Assembly: GCA_024409235.1 (NCBI GenBank)
Contig: JAKSUA010000002.1
Span: 2,385 to 66,384, forward strand
Length of the DNA stretch: 64,000 nucleotides
Reading direction: 5' to 3'
DNA from: Bacteroidales bacterium
GTDB taxonomy: Bacteria > Bacteroidota > Bacteroidia > Bacteroidales > UBA1715
Of the stretch, positions 1 through 9,585 are shown in pieces; positions within the stretch are counted from its first letter, which is position 1, and each line of letters begins with the position of its first letter. The notes beneath the pieces were generated by a model. The model was given only the letters and a program-made list of their open reading frames with translations. It searched no databases and was not told where the DNA came from. Both the position numbers and the translations under genes were made by a program.

Positions 1-489
1 AATACGGATAACAGAATCTCTATTGTCATGATTAGCTTCCAAGCGATCGATAATTGATTGATCTATAGCTGCTAACAAATCAAGACCTATAGCCAATTTC
101 TTTGAGACATTCATATATTGCATAATTGTCTGGTCTTGTTCAAAAATACTTGCATAACTCAAATCAGCACCATAAATACCTAAATTCAAAGCTTTTTGCT
201 TATCTGTATTATACTTATTTGAATTTGAAGTTGGATTCAACAAAGCTTCATCATATCCTGCTCCAGCTTTTTTCAACAATAATGTTGTTTCCACTGGTGA
301 AGGCAACGAATACATCACTTTCTTTAAATCATTTACTACCTTTTGTTTTTCTTGTAGTTCTTCTTGATCTACAGTTTCTTCTGTTGTCGCAGAAGATTCT
401 TTCTTATCGGAATTGCTACAACTCACGATACCCGACATCAATCCAAGAACAATCAATAGTCGGAATAATTTTAAAGTATTTCTTCGCAT
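1..489 (-). CDS. hypothetical lipoprotein, N-terminal part only (gene runs off the left edge)
   Basis: Absent from the ORF track because no stop codon lies inside the window. A reverse-strand ATG at 487-489 opens a frame that stays open for 163 codons to position 1: MRRNTLKLFRLLIVLGLMSGIVSCSNSDKKESSATTEE... It has a basic N-terminus, a hydrophobic core and an IVSC lipobox-like cysteine. The listed + ORF 126-503 is its low-complexity antisense shadow. Confidence 0.6.
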   Translation of the reverse strand, partial: MRRNTLKLFRLLIVLGLMSGIVSCSNSDKKESSATTEETVDQEELQEKQKVVNDLKKVMYSLPSPVETTLLLKKAGAGYDEALLNPTSNSNKYNTDKQKALNLGIYGADLSYASIFEQDQTIMQYMNVSKKLAIGLDLLAAIDQSIIDRLEANHDNRDSVIRI

Positions 490-588
490 ACGTTTTAAAT
501 TAAAATGCTACAATTAATGTTTGTGTAAAATTACTATTTTTTTGTTATTTGCAAACAAATTCATGATATAAAATTAAACATTAACAAT

Positions 589-1101
589 ATGGAATTAGAA
601 GAAAGTGCAGTAATAAACGAACTAAAATCAGTTTTTTCATCAGAAAACGAAAGTGCTATACATGACGCAATTGCATATATCCACGAAAATGGAACAATAA
701 AGATGCTACCTTTATTGTTTGATTTATTGGAAACTACAACAAACAAATCATTAAAAGAAGACATCTACAACTGCCTTATAGACACAAAAGACTCTAATGC
801 AATCTCTATTTTTCTTGAAAAATTAAAAGAAGACACATTTATTAATGAAAAGAAAAATCTTCTTTCTGTGTTATGGCAAACAAACTTAGACTTTTCTAAA
901 CATTGTAAGACTTTTACCGATATTCTTATCAGCGATACTTACGAGAATGCCATCGAGGCTTTTTCCATTTTCGAAAACAACATGGAAAACATTTCAAACG
1001 AAGACAAAGAACAATGTATTAAGGAAATAGAAACAGCTATCTCAAACGATAAAACAGAAAAGACAGCTTTATTAAATGCAGTCTTGAATATATTACAATA
1101 A
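589..1101 (+). CDS. hypothetical cytoplasmic helical-repeat (HEAT-like) protein
   Basis: 170-aa ORF with an ATG start and no signal peptide. It is acidic and looks helical. A strong hairpin terminator follows directly. I recognise no family motif. Confidence 0.55.
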   Translation: MELEESAVINELKSVFSSENESAIHDAIAYIHENGTIKMLPLLFDLLETTTNKSLKEDIYNCLIDTKDSNAISIFLEKLKEDTFINEKKNLLSVLWQTNLDFSKHCKTFTDILISDTYENAIEAFSIFENNMENISNEDKEQCIKEIETAISNDKTEKTALLNAVLNILQ

Positions 1102-1130
1102 AAAAAGGTTCCTTTTTGGGAACCTTTTTT
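1101..1130. terminator. bidirectional intrinsic terminator between convergent genes
   Basis: aaaaaaGGTTCC-tttttg-GGAACCtttttt. The GC core is 1107-1112 / 1119-1124, extended by an A6/T6 pairing. It has a T-run on both strands and sits between the 589-1101 (+) and hup (-) stops. Confidence 0.75.
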
Positions 1131-1152
1131 TATTTAGGAAAACTATTTCTAA

Positions 1153-1425
1153 TTAGTTGATGCTATCAGAAAGAGCTTTACCAGCTTTGAATTGAGCAAC
1201 TTTCTTTGCTGCAATCTTAATTTCTTTACCAGTTCTTGGGTTACGACCAGTTCTTGCACTTCTTTCACCAACTTTGAAAGTTCCGAAACCGATTAATTGT
1301 ACTGATTCACCTTTTTTCAAAGATTCAGCGATTGCTTTTACTACAGCGTTTACTGCGCTTTCTGCTTCTGATTTTTTCAAGCTTGCTTCTGCAGCTACAG
1401 CTGCTACTAATTCTTGTTTATTCAT
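1153..1425 (-). CDS. hup: DNA-binding protein HU
   Basis: 90 aa. MNKQELV...GFGTFKVGERSARTGRNPRTGKEIKIAAKKV is the classical HU/IHF signature with the RNPxTG arm. Confidence 0.95.
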   Translation of the reverse strand: MNKQELVAAVAAEASLKKSEAESAVNAVVKAIAESLKKGESVQLIGFGTFKVGERSARTGRNPRTGKEIKIAAKKVAQFKAGKALSDSIN

Positions 1426-1478
1426 AATAATAAAAAATTTAAGTAAATAATATTTTTTCTTTATCTAATCAATTTCTA

Positions 1479-1508
1479 CAAAATTACGTTTTTTTCAATA
1501 TTTACAAA
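1479..1508 (-). promoter_or_regulatory. candidate Bacteroidota sigma-A promoter for hup (TTTG-N18-TAATTTTG)
   Basis: The + strand CAAAATTA at 1479-1486 is the reverse complement of TAATTTTG and matches TAnnTTTG. CAAA at 1505-1508 is the reverse complement of the -33 TTTG. The box lies 54 nt upstream of the hup ATG. Confidence 0.45.
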
Positions 1509-1575
1509 GCTTTCAGCTTATTTTTTCTTTAAAAACGTCATTTTTCTTAATATAGAACATGTTTCCAATGCTCTT

Positions 1576-2913
1576 TTATAACAATTTACTTGCTAATTCC
1601 GCTAATTCACTTCTTTCGCCTTTGATTAAATTCATATGGGCAAATAGCTTTTGTCCATTCATTTTTGAACTTAAATGAGACAATCCGTTAGAAAACGTAT
1701 CAAGATATGGAGAATCTATTTGTTGAATATCACCAGTGAAAATTATCTTAGTACCCTCTCCTGCTCTTGTTATAATAGTTTTCACTTCATGAGGTGTAAG
1801 ATTCTGAGCTTCATCAATTATAAAGAAAACATGCGATAACGAACGGCCACGTATATATGCTAAAGGAGATATTTCTAAAGCACCTTCTTTTAACATTGAA
1901 TCTATCATATTTATTTTTGCCCCATTATTACGAAGATTTTGCTTTATTACCTGCAAATTATCGAACAACGGCAACATATAAGGCTTAATCTTATCCTTTT
2001 CTCCTCCTGGTAAATATCCCATATCCTTATTTCCTAAGGCAACAATAGGACGTGCCAACAAAATCTGGTCGTAATTTTCATGTTGCTCCAATGCTGCTGC
2101 AAGAGCAAGCAACGTTTTTCCTGTTCCTGCAGTACCTGTTAAAGCCATTAATTTCACATCATCATTCATTAAGGCATGCATTGCGAAAGCCTGCTCCGAA
2201 TTGCGCGGTTCTATTCCCATCACTTTTCCTTTGTTTACCTTAGATATTTTTCCTGTGCTGGGATTATAATATGCCATAACAGACATGCTTCCATTTGTTA
2301 ACACAAAATAATCATGTGTCTCTGGCTTACGAAGTCCTATTTCTTCCGGTGTTACCAGACAATCTGTAGTATTTTTTGCATACAACTTATTTATATAAGT
2401 AGTCTCTATATTGTCATACACTTTAACACCTTCTTCTATCCTTCCTAAATCACGTATTTTGTCATTTTCGAAATCCTGAGCAACCAAACCGATAGATTTT
2501 GCTTTCATTCGCATATTAATATCTTTGGTTACCATAATAACTTGACGATCAGGATTTTCATTTTTTACATTTAAAGCCGTAGCCAATATTCTATGATCAG
2601 GAATTTGTTCTGCAAAAGCATTCTTTACAACCTCCGGATATGGAGAATGGGTTTTCACATATAATTTCCCATAATGTTTTCCCAAAGAAATGCCGTCTGA
2701 TGGAAGTTTATCTCCCATCAAAGCATCAATCTCACGTGCAAACTGACGTGAATTCCAACTTAAATCAGATTCTCCTTTTTTAAATTTATCAAGTTCTTCA
2801 AGAACTGTTATTGGTATAACAATATCATTTTCTTGAAATGCATAAATAGCTCTATTATTATGTAAGATTACATTTGTATCTAACACAAAAATTTTAGGTT
2901 TCTTTTCAGCCAT
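1576..2913 (-). CDS. PhoH-family ATPase with N-terminal PIN domain (YlaK-like)
   Basis: 445 aa. A PIN-like N-terminus (IFVLDTNVILH) is fused to a P-loop ATPase with Walker A GTAGTGKT and Walker B FFIIDEAQNLT. Confidence 0.9.
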   Translation of the reverse strand: MAEKKPKIFVLDTNVILHNNRAIYAFQENDIVIPITVLEELDKFKKGESDLSWNSRQFAREIDALMGDKLPSDGISLGKHYGKLYVKTHSPYPEVVKNAFAEQIPDHRILATALNVKNENPDRQVIMVTKDINMRMKAKSIGLVAQDFENDKIRDLGRIEEGVKVYDNIETTYINKLYAKNTTDCLVTPEEIGLRKPETHDYFVLTNGSMSVMAYYNPSTGKISKVNKGKVMGIEPRNSEQAFAMHALMNDDVKLMALTGTAGTGKTLLALAAALEQHENYDQILLARPIVALGNKDMGYLPGGEKDKIKPYMLPLFDNLQVIKQNLRNNGAKINMIDSMLKEGALEISPLAYIRGRSLSHVFFIIDEAQNLTPHEVKTIITRAGEGTKIIFTGDIQQIDSPYLDTFSNGLSHLSSKMNGQKLFAHMNLIKGERSELAELASKLL

Positions 2914-3024
2914 AATTTTATTTTTCTAAAAGAATTTTATAAAAATAATAAAATCCATTTAGATTCGCAGCCTCTCACCTTTTTTTTTTGTGAATTTCAG
3001 AAAATATCTACCTTTTTTATAAGA

Positions 3025-4059
3025 TTATGACATAAGTTCAGCTATCTGGCGAGTTTTGTCAAACTGTTCCAAGATAGTTTTCACCATAACTGTCAATGGT
3101 ACTGCCAATATCATTCCTGGAATATTCCAGACATATCCCCAGAAAAACAACATAATTATAATTGTAACAGTATTTATAGAGAATGTCTTTCCCATAAAAA
3201 TTGGTTCTAAAACACTTCCAAACAACAACTGCAATGCAATTGCTATTATTATAAATAGTATAATAACTGACATTTCAGGTATTTGGCTTAAAGCAAACAA
3301 ACACATTATTGCAGTTGAAAAAATCGATCCAATCATCTGAATGAAATTTAAAACAAACGCAAGTGTTCCCCAAAAAATTGGAAATTTCACATCAAAACAT
3401 ATACATAATATAAAGAAGGACAGTCCCGTGAAAAAACTAATCAAAACCTTAACAAAGATAAATTTAGAAATACTTTTTTCTATAGTTATATATGTACGCA
3501 TTGCGGAAGTTTTATCATTTAAAATCAGGACTTCAAGAAGACGCTGACCATTAAAAGAACTTGCAATCAAAAGAATCATAAAAAATATAGACATAAAAAC
3601 CAATGAAAAGGTTTTTCGTACAGCATCCAATAATTTTCCTGCATTGTCAAATACCGTTGAATAAATATCAGTTTCCTGTAAATGTTCCAATATTGCATCT
3701 TGACTAAAGCCAAGAAGAACTGAAATCCTTACTGCAAAGTCCTTCACACTTGCAAAAATTGACTGCCAAGTTTGAATATCGGTTGAACGAAATTCTAAAC
3801 TGGCCAATTGTAAGATCCAAAAACAGCTACGTACAACGAGAAAAAAGACAATAAAAATCACAACGATTGCAATCCATCTTGGAATATTATTTCTTGATGT
3901 CCAACGAAGAAAAGGCATAAATAATAATGCAAAGAAACATGCCACCACAAGAGGGACAAATATATTTGACAATTCCTTTAGTATAAAAAACAAAACAGGT
4001 AAAACCAACATCATCAAGAGCTTGTTGGTTGTATCCAATGAAGCAAATTTTTTTCTCAT
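3025..4059 (-). CDS. AI-2E family (PerM/UPF0118) transporter
   Basis: 344 aa with roughly 8 hydrophobic spans. The C-terminal motif PGMILAVPLTVMVKTILEQF is typical of this family. Confidence 0.8.
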   Translation of the reverse strand: MRKKFASLDTTNKLLMMLVLPVLFFILKELSNIFVPLVVACFFALLFMPFLRWTSRNNIPRWIAIVVIFIVFFLVVRSCFWILQLASLEFRSTDIQTWQSIFASVKDFAVRISVLLGFSQDAILEHLQETDIYSTVFDNAGKLLDAVRKTFSLVFMSIFFMILLIASSFNGQRLLEVLILNDKTSAMRTYITIEKSISKFIFVKVLISFFTGLSFFILCICFDVKFPIFWGTLAFVLNFIQMIGSIFSTAIMCLFALSQIPEMSVIILFIIIAIALQLLFGSVLEPIFMGKTFSINTVTIIIMLFFWGYVWNIPGMILAVPLTVMVKTILEQFDKTRQIAELMS

Positions 4060-4069
4060 AAGATTTATT

Positions 4070-6148
4070 TTATTTTTCTAACGAAAGTTCCTGAATTATA
4101 TTGTCCGCCTTTCCGTACTGTTCAAGGCAAAACAAAATATAACGAATATCTACGCAAATATTTCTACACACGCTTTCTGTATAATAGAAATCACTCACTG
4201 TTCCTTCTCTATTTCTATCGAAATTTAAACCTATCAGTTTTCCATTCGCATCAATTACAGGACTACCGGAATTTCCGCCAGATGTTTGGCAAGTCGTTAT
4301 AAAATTCATAATAAGCGAATCTTTCTCAAATGTTCCAAAATCTTTTTTCTTCAACAACTCCAAAAACTTCTCATTTGATTTAAATTCCCGTGGATTTTCC
4401 TGCAATTTTTTAAATACTCGTTCTTCTGTTGTGTAATATGGATTGTTTTCAGTAGTTGAATACGACTTCACATTACCAAAACTAATTCTCATAGTATTAT
4501 TAGCATCTGGAAACATATTACCATTATAATATGTATACAACGCCTTATTCATAACACATTTTACACTGTCAAATTTTGTGTTCACAGCGTTATATTCTGC
4601 CATTAACTCCTGCAAACGATTCCACACACTTACTGTAAAACCATACAAAGCATCCTTTTTCTGCAAATAAGCACGGACTGCAGCATCGTCTTTATATTTC
4701 TTTTTTGAAGTAATCATCTTTTGGAATTTTTCTGCACGAGCATAATCAGTGAAAACACTTTTATCAAATACAGAACTCATAAAATCAGCAACAACAGGAT
4801 CTTCGTGTCTTACTTTTTTAAGATCCCAAATAAGAACATTATTCTCATTCTTTTCTTGTTGATATGTTTCAAAAAGAAAAATCAAATTTACAAATGCATC
4901 CTTTTCTAATTCAGGATTGTATTTGTTCATTATTCCAAGAAATTTTTGACTGCGAATAAAATCTAAATTTGGAGAAGACACCGCAATACTTGAAGGCAAC
5001 ATTGTTCTTAAACGCCACAACCCTTCCAAACACAAAACCAACTGAGTATAAGATGAATAATATGCCGTTGCCGCGGAATCATACGATTCTAATAAATTTC
5101 CATACAGTTTAGAAAGACTATTTGAACTTGAAATCCATTTCCTTAGATTTTCCTCTCTTTCTTTACGAAAATCCAAAGCACCAGAAGTTTTCACACCTTT
5201 ATTTTCAGCTTGCCATTTTTCATAATAATTTGATAACGAAGAATATAACGCATAACATTCTTGATATTCCTTATCTCCTTTCTCCATATATGCCGTAATT
5301 GGCTGCAAACGCATCATACGCATTTTTATTTGAGCAGGATTTAGAACTTCTGTTATTTGTTCCAATTCTTTTTGTGTTCCATACATTTTTGTTTCTGCCG
5401 GGAAACCAACCACCATTGAGAAATCACCTTCTTTCACTCCTTCTTTGTTAATTTCCAAGAACTTACGAGGTTGAACAGGTTCGCCTTTTTCATACACTCG
5501 AAGCAAAGCAAAGTCTGCATTATTGCGTGGCCAACTCCAATTATCTGCGTTATTACCAAATTGAGCAATTTCCGCAGGCATAAAAGCAACAAGTTTTACA
5601 TCAGTGTATTTCTTTGTCTTAAACATAAAGAACTGATTTCCACCATAAAACTCTTCTATCGAATATTGGAATTCTTTTGTAGAATCAACAGTTAAAGAAT
5701 CTGCTATTTTTTTCATAGACAAACCTTTAGCCTTCATTTCCGTCACGAGTGCAGTAACATCAAACATAGCCTCCATTGATTCTACCGACAAACGATTTGT
5801 TAAAATTTCATGATCCTTTGTTTCTGCAAAAAATCCTTTTTCTAAAAAATATCCTGTACCATTTTCATCAGCCATAGATATTTGATGCTGAACACAATGG
5901 AAATTTGTAAGCACAAGACCTTCATTTGAAATAAAACTTCCTGTACAACCACGACCAATACGAACAATAGCATTGGTCAAACATGCTTGTTTGGCGCTAT
6001 ATATTTGTTCAGGAGTCATTTTACAACCAGCTTCCTGCATTGCAGGAAAAATTTGTTGTTCTACCAAAAGAGGAATCCACATTCCTTCTATTGCAAATAG
6101 ATTCAACGTGGATAAAAGAAACAAAATAGAAATAAACCGTTTTCTCAC
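4070..6148 (-). CDS. S46 family dipeptidyl-peptidase (DPP7/DPP11 type)
   Basis: 692 aa. A signal peptide is followed by IEGMWIP. The His context is LTNFHCV and the Ser context is GGNSGSPVIDANGKLIGLNFDRN. The start codon is GTG. The FDRN context resembles the Arg I recall giving Asp/Glu P1 specificity in DPP11; this is from memory and unverified. Confidence 0.9.
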   Translation of the reverse strand: MRKRFISILFLLSTLNLFAIEGMWIPLLVEQQIFPAMQEAGCKMTPEQIYSAKQACLTNAIVRIGRGCTGSFISNEGLVLTNFHCVQHQISMADENGTGYFLEKGFFAETKDHEILTNRLSVESMEAMFDVTALVTEMKAKGLSMKKIADSLTVDSTKEFQYSIEEFYGGNQFFMFKTKKYTDVKLVAFMPAEIAQFGNNADNWSWPRNNADFALLRVYEKGEPVQPRKFLEINKEGVKEGDFSMVVGFPAETKMYGTQKELEQITEVLNPAQIKMRMMRLQPITAYMEKGDKEYQECYALYSSLSNYYEKWQAENKGVKTSGALDFRKEREENLRKWISSSNSLSKLYGNLLESYDSAATAYYSSYTQLVLCLEGLWRLRTMLPSSIAVSSPNLDFIRSQKFLGIMNKYNPELEKDAFVNLIFLFETYQQEKNENNVLIWDLKKVRHEDPVVADFMSSVFDKSVFTDYARAEKFQKMITSKKKYKDDAAVRAYLQKKDALYGFTVSVWNRLQELMAEYNAVNTKFDSVKCVMNKALYTYYNGNMFPDANNTMRISFGNVKSYSTTENNPYYTTEERVFKKLQENPREFKSNEKFLELLKKKDFGTFEKDSLIMNFITTCQTSGGNSGSPVIDANGKLIGLNFDRNREGTVSDFYYTESVCRNICVDIRYILFCLEQYGKADNIIQELSLEK

Positions 6149-6193
6149 TTCACAAAAATTTTTGTAAAAATATTTATTTCTATTTAGTTTACA

Positions 6194-6230
6194 TAAAAAA
6201 AGGATGTTGATTTATTTCAACCAACATCCT
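6194..6230 (-). terminator. intrinsic terminator, minus-strand oriented
   Basis: On the minus strand: AGGATGTTG-(12 nt loop)-CAACATCCT followed by TTTTTTT. The stem is 6201-6209 / 6222-6230. It starts 5 nt after the stop of the 41-codon ORF. No T-run follows it on the + strand. Confidence 0.7.
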
Positions 6231-6235
6231 TAAAA

Positions 6236-6361
6236 TCACGCAGCTATTAAATCTTTGTAGTTTTCAAGAGCCCAAAGTTTCAGTGTTTTAGCATCTTCAG
6301 GAGTTAAATAGCCGAGACATTTTTTAAGTTCCTTACAAAACAAGTCTTTATCAAAACTCAT
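6236..6361 (-). CDS. speculative small protein (41 aa), not in the ORF track
   Basis: ATG at 6359-6361 and TGA at 6236-6238. Product: MSFDKDLFCKELKKCLGYLTPEDAKTLKLWALENYKDLIAA. It is bounded by the strong terminator at 6194-6230. I found no convincing -7 box upstream. Confidence 0.35.
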   Translation of the reverse strand: MSFDKDLFCKELKKCLGYLTPEDAKTLKLWALENYKDLIAA

Positions 6362-6506
6362 TTTTGTTAAAATTTTACAACAATATTCCAGCATATCTAT
6401 AATTTTTAAAACGATTAAATATACGCAATATTGATGCCAAAGTCAAGTTTACAACAAACTATCAATACGTAAAACACGTATTTTTTTTATTTCCAGCACA
6501 TTAGAC

Positions 6507-6536
6507 TTGCATTTGATTTCAAATATTTTAATTTTG
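6507..6536 (+). promoter_or_regulatory. candidate promoter for korAB (TTG-N19-TAATTTTG)
   Basis: TAATTTTG at 6529-6536 matches TAnnTTTG and lies 23 nt before the korA ATG. TTG at 6507-6509 is at -33 spacing. Confidence 0.4.
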
Positions 6537-6559
6537 TAACAGTAAATAAAATATATATT

Positions 6560-8410
6560 ATGATGACTGAAAACAAACAAAATGTGGCATCTGTGGACAA
6601 CATAGCTGTTCGTTTCACAGGGGATTCCGGAGACGGAATGCAATTAGCGGGAAACATTTTTTCCACAATTTCAGCGACAGTCGGAAATGACATCAGTACA
6701 TTCCCAGACTATCCTGCAGACATCCGTGCCCCGCAGGGCTCTTTAACTGGTGTTTCGGGATTTCAGGTTCATATCGGTGCAGAAAAAGTTTTGACTCCTG
6801 GTGACAAATGCGATGTTCTTATCGCAATGAACCCAGCTGCATTGAAGACACAGTACAAATTCTGTTCTTCACGCTCTATTATAATTGTAGATACAGATTC
6901 TTTCAAAGAAGCAGACTTAAAGAAAGCTGAATTCCAAACTATGGATCCATTTGAAGAAATGGGTATTAAGAATGAAGTTATCGCTGCTCCTATCACATCT
7001 ATGTGTGTTGACGCATTGAAAGACTCTGGTTTGGACTTCAAATCTTCTGTTCGTTGTAAAAATATGTTTGCACTAGGTTTGGTTTGCTGGTTATTCGACC
7101 GCAACGTTCCTTACGCAGAAGAAATGCTTCGTGCTAAATTTGCTAAAAAGCCAGAAATCGCAGAAGCAAATATCAAAGTATTGAATGCTGGTTACGATTA
7201 TGGGCACAACACACATGCATCTGCAACTACATATAGAATCGAAAGTGCAAATGCAACAAAACAAAAAGGTGTGTTCATGGACATCAATGGTAACAAAGCT
7301 ACCGCATACGGTTTCATCGCTGCTGCTGAAAAAGCAGGTTTGAAATTGTATTTAGGTTCATATCCTATCACTCCAGCAACAGATGTACTTCACGAACTTT
7401 CAAAACACAAATCTCTTGGTGTAACAACTGTTCAATGTGAAGACGAAATCGCAGGTTGTGCATCTGCAGTAGGTGCAGCTTTCGCTGGTGCATTAGCTTG
7501 TACTTCAACTTCTGGTCCTGGTATCTGCTTGAAATCAGAAGCTATGAACTTGGCTGTTATCATGGAACTTCCATTAGTTGTTCTTGATGTTCAACGTGGT
7601 GGACCTGCTACTGGTCTTCCAACAAAATCAGAACAAACTGACTTGTTGCAAGTTTTATTCGGTAGAAATGGTGAATCTCCTATGCCAGTAATCGCTGCTA
7701 CATCTCCAACAGACTGTTTTGATGCTGCATATATGGCTTGTAAGATTGCATTGGAACACATGACTCCAGTTGTTCTTATGACAGACGCATATATAGCAAA
7801 CGGTTCTGCTGCATGGAAGCTTCCTAAGTTAGCTGAATATCCTGCAATCAATCCTCCATACGTAACTCCTGATATGAAGGGTACTTGGACTCCATACCAA
7901 AGAAATGCTGAAGGTTCTCGTTACTGGGCTGTTCCTGGAACAGAAGGTTTCACTCACATTCTTGGTGGTTTGGAAAAAGACAACAAAACAGGTGCAATTT
8001 CAACAAATCCTGAAAACCACGATTTGATGACTAAACTTCGTCAAGAAAAAATTAATAAGATTCAAGTTCCTGATGTAGAAGTTATCGGCGATCAAGATGC
8101 AGAATTGTTGATAGTTGGTTTCGGTGGAACATACGGTCACTTACACGCTGCTATGAATGAAATGAGAGCTGATGGTAAGAAAGTTGCTTTGGCACACTTC
8201 AAATACATCAATCCTCTTCCAAAAAACACTGCAGAAGTTCTTAAGAAATTCAAGAAAGTGGTTGTTGCCGAACAAAACATGGGACAATTCGCAGGTTGGC
8301 TTCGTATGAAAGTGGACAATTTCGTTCCTTTCCAATTCAACGAAGTAAAAGGTCAACCTTTCGCAGTTGCTGATTTAGTAAAGTCATTCACAGAAATTTA
8401 TAACAAATAA
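6560..8410 (+). CDS. korA: 2-oxoglutarate:ferredoxin oxidoreductase subunit alpha (fused gamma-alpha)
   Basis: 616 aa. An N-terminal gamma-type domain (FTGDSGDGMQLAG) is fused to the alpha domain. The TPP-binding beta subunit follows 14 nt later. Confidence 0.9.
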   Translation: MMTENKQNVASVDNIAVRFTGDSGDGMQLAGNIFSTISATVGNDISTFPDYPADIRAPQGSLTGVSGFQVHIGAEKVLTPGDKCDVLIAMNPAALKTQYKFCSSRSIIIVDTDSFKEADLKKAEFQTMDPFEEMGIKNEVIAAPITSMCVDALKDSGLDFKSSVRCKNMFALGLVCWLFDRNVPYAEEMLRAKFAKKPEIAEANIKVLNAGYDYGHNTHASATTYRIESANATKQKGVFMDINGNKATAYGFIAAAEKAGLKLYLGSYPITPATDVLHELSKHKSLGVTTVQCEDEIAGCASAVGAAFAGALACTSTSGPGICLKSEAMNLAVIMELPLVVLDVQRGGPATGLPTKSEQTDLLQVLFGRNGESPMPVIAATSPTDCFDAAYMACKIALEHMTPVVLMTDAYIANGSAAWKLPKLAEYPAINPPYVTPDMKGTWTPYQRNAEGSRYWAVPGTEGFTHILGGLEKDNKTGAISTNPENHDLMTKLRQEKINKIQVPDVEVIGDQDAELLIVGFGGTYGHLHAAMNEMRADGKKVALAHFKYINPLPKNTAEVLKKFKKVVVAEQNMGQFAGWLRMKVDNFVPFQFNEVKGQPFAVADLVKSFTEIYNK

Positions 8411-8424
8411 GAGAAGATTAGAAC

Positions 8425-9420
8425 ATGGAAGCAAAAGATTTTAAAAAAGGACAACCTCGTTGGTGTCCAGGATGTGGAGACCACTTTTTCTTGGCATCAT
8501 TGCAAAAAGCAATGGCTGAAATTGGAATTGCTCCACAAGATACAGCTGTAATTTCTGGTATTGGTTGTTCAAGCCGTTTGCCTCACTACATGGCAACATA
8601 CGGTATGAACACTATCCACGGTCGTGCAGCTGCAATCGCTACTGGTTGTAAAGTTGCAAACCCAAAACTTACAGTTTGGCAAGTATCTGGTGACGGTGAC
8701 GGTTTAGCTATTGGTGGTAACCACTTCATTCACGCAAATCGTCGTAATATCGACTTGAATATGATTCTTTTGAACAACCGTATCTACGGTTTGACTAAAG
8801 GTCAATATTCTCCAACGTCTCCACGTGGATTTGTTAGTAAATCATCTCCTTACGGAACTGTAGAAGATCCATTCCGTCCAGCTGAACTTTGCTTTGGTGC
8901 TCGCGGACATTTCTTCGCTAGAGCCGTTGCAACAGATGCTGCAGGTACAGTAGAAATCCTTAAAGCTGCACAAGCACATAAAGGTGCTTCTGTTTGCGAA
9001 ATTCTTCAAAACTGCGTTATCTTCAACGACGGAACTCACGCAAGTGTTTACAAACCAGAAGATAGAAAGAAAAATGCTATCTATTTGAAACACGGCGAAA
9101 AAATGGTTTTTGGTGAAAACAATGAAAAAGGTCTTGTTCAAGAAGGATTTGGAATTAAAGTTGTGACTATCGGTCAAGACGGTTACACTATGGACGATAT
9201 TCTTGTTCACGATGCTCACTGCGAAGACAATACACTTCAACTTAAATTAGCGTTGATGGAAGGTCCAGATTTCCCAATCGCACTTGGTGTGATTCGCGAT
9301 GTTGAAGCTCCTACATACAACGACGCAGTTGAAGCACAAATTGAAGAAGTTTCAAGCAAGAAGAAATATCACAACTTCGAAGAATTGCTTATGACAAACG
9401 ACACTTGGGAAGTTAAATAA
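8425..9420 (+). CDS. korB: 2-oxoglutarate:ferredoxin oxidoreductase subunit beta
   Basis: 331 aa with the WCPGCGDH motif and the TPP-binding GDGDGLAIGGNH motif. Confidence 0.9.
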   Translation: MEAKDFKKGQPRWCPGCGDHFFLASLQKAMAEIGIAPQDTAVISGIGCSSRLPHYMATYGMNTIHGRAAAIATGCKVANPKLTVWQVSGDGDGLAIGGNHFIHANRRNIDLNMILLNNRIYGLTKGQYSPTSPRGFVSKSSPYGTVEDPFRPAELCFGARGHFFARAVATDAAGTVEILKAAQAHKGASVCEILQNCVIFNDGTHASVYKPEDRKKNAIYLKHGEKMVFGENNEKGLVQEGFGIKVVTIGQDGYTMDDILVHDAHCEDNTLQLKLALMEGPDFPIALGVIRDVEAPTYNDAVEAQIEEVSSKKKYHNFEELLMTNDTWEVK

Positions 9421-9449
9421 CAATAACCTACCCATATTCTCATAAAAAA

Positions 9450-9477
9450 GTCCAATCAAAAAGATTGGACTTTTTTT
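9450..9477 (+). terminator. intrinsic terminator of korAB
   Basis: GTCCAATC-aaaaa-GATTGGAC (9450-9457 / 9463-9470) followed by T7. Confidence 0.8.
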
Positions 9478-9524
9478 ATTTAATAAATCGTCATTTATTA
9501 CAAGGAATTATTTCCGTTAAAACC

Positions 9525-9560
9525 AAAAGCGGCGAAACCATAATTGATTTCGCCGCTTTT
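9525..9560 (-). terminator. intrinsic terminator downstream of prs
   Basis: AAAAGCGGCGAAA-(10 nt)-TTTCGCCGCTTTT (9525-9537 / 9548-9560). It begins 26 nt after the prs stop. Confidence 0.7.
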
Positions 9561-9585
9561 ATATTATTTCAAGTTTTCTAAAACT

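Noticed and set aside
126-503. 125-aa + strand ORF from the track (MSGLVQKYLHNSNQHH...).
   Set aside because: It is low-complexity and implausible as a protein. It lies exactly antisense to a much better minus-strand lipoprotein frame (1-489) that is open to the window edge.
2979-2988. A T10 run between the AI-2E transporter stop and the PhoH-like start.
   Set aside because: No preceding hairpin exists on either strand, so it is not a convincing terminator. It is probably just AT-rich spacer.
6449-6693. Two minus-strand track ORFs (6449-6643, 6487-6693) across the korA start.
   Set aside because: They overlap the korA promoter and 5' end in antisense, and they are hydrophobic/low-complexity and motif-free.
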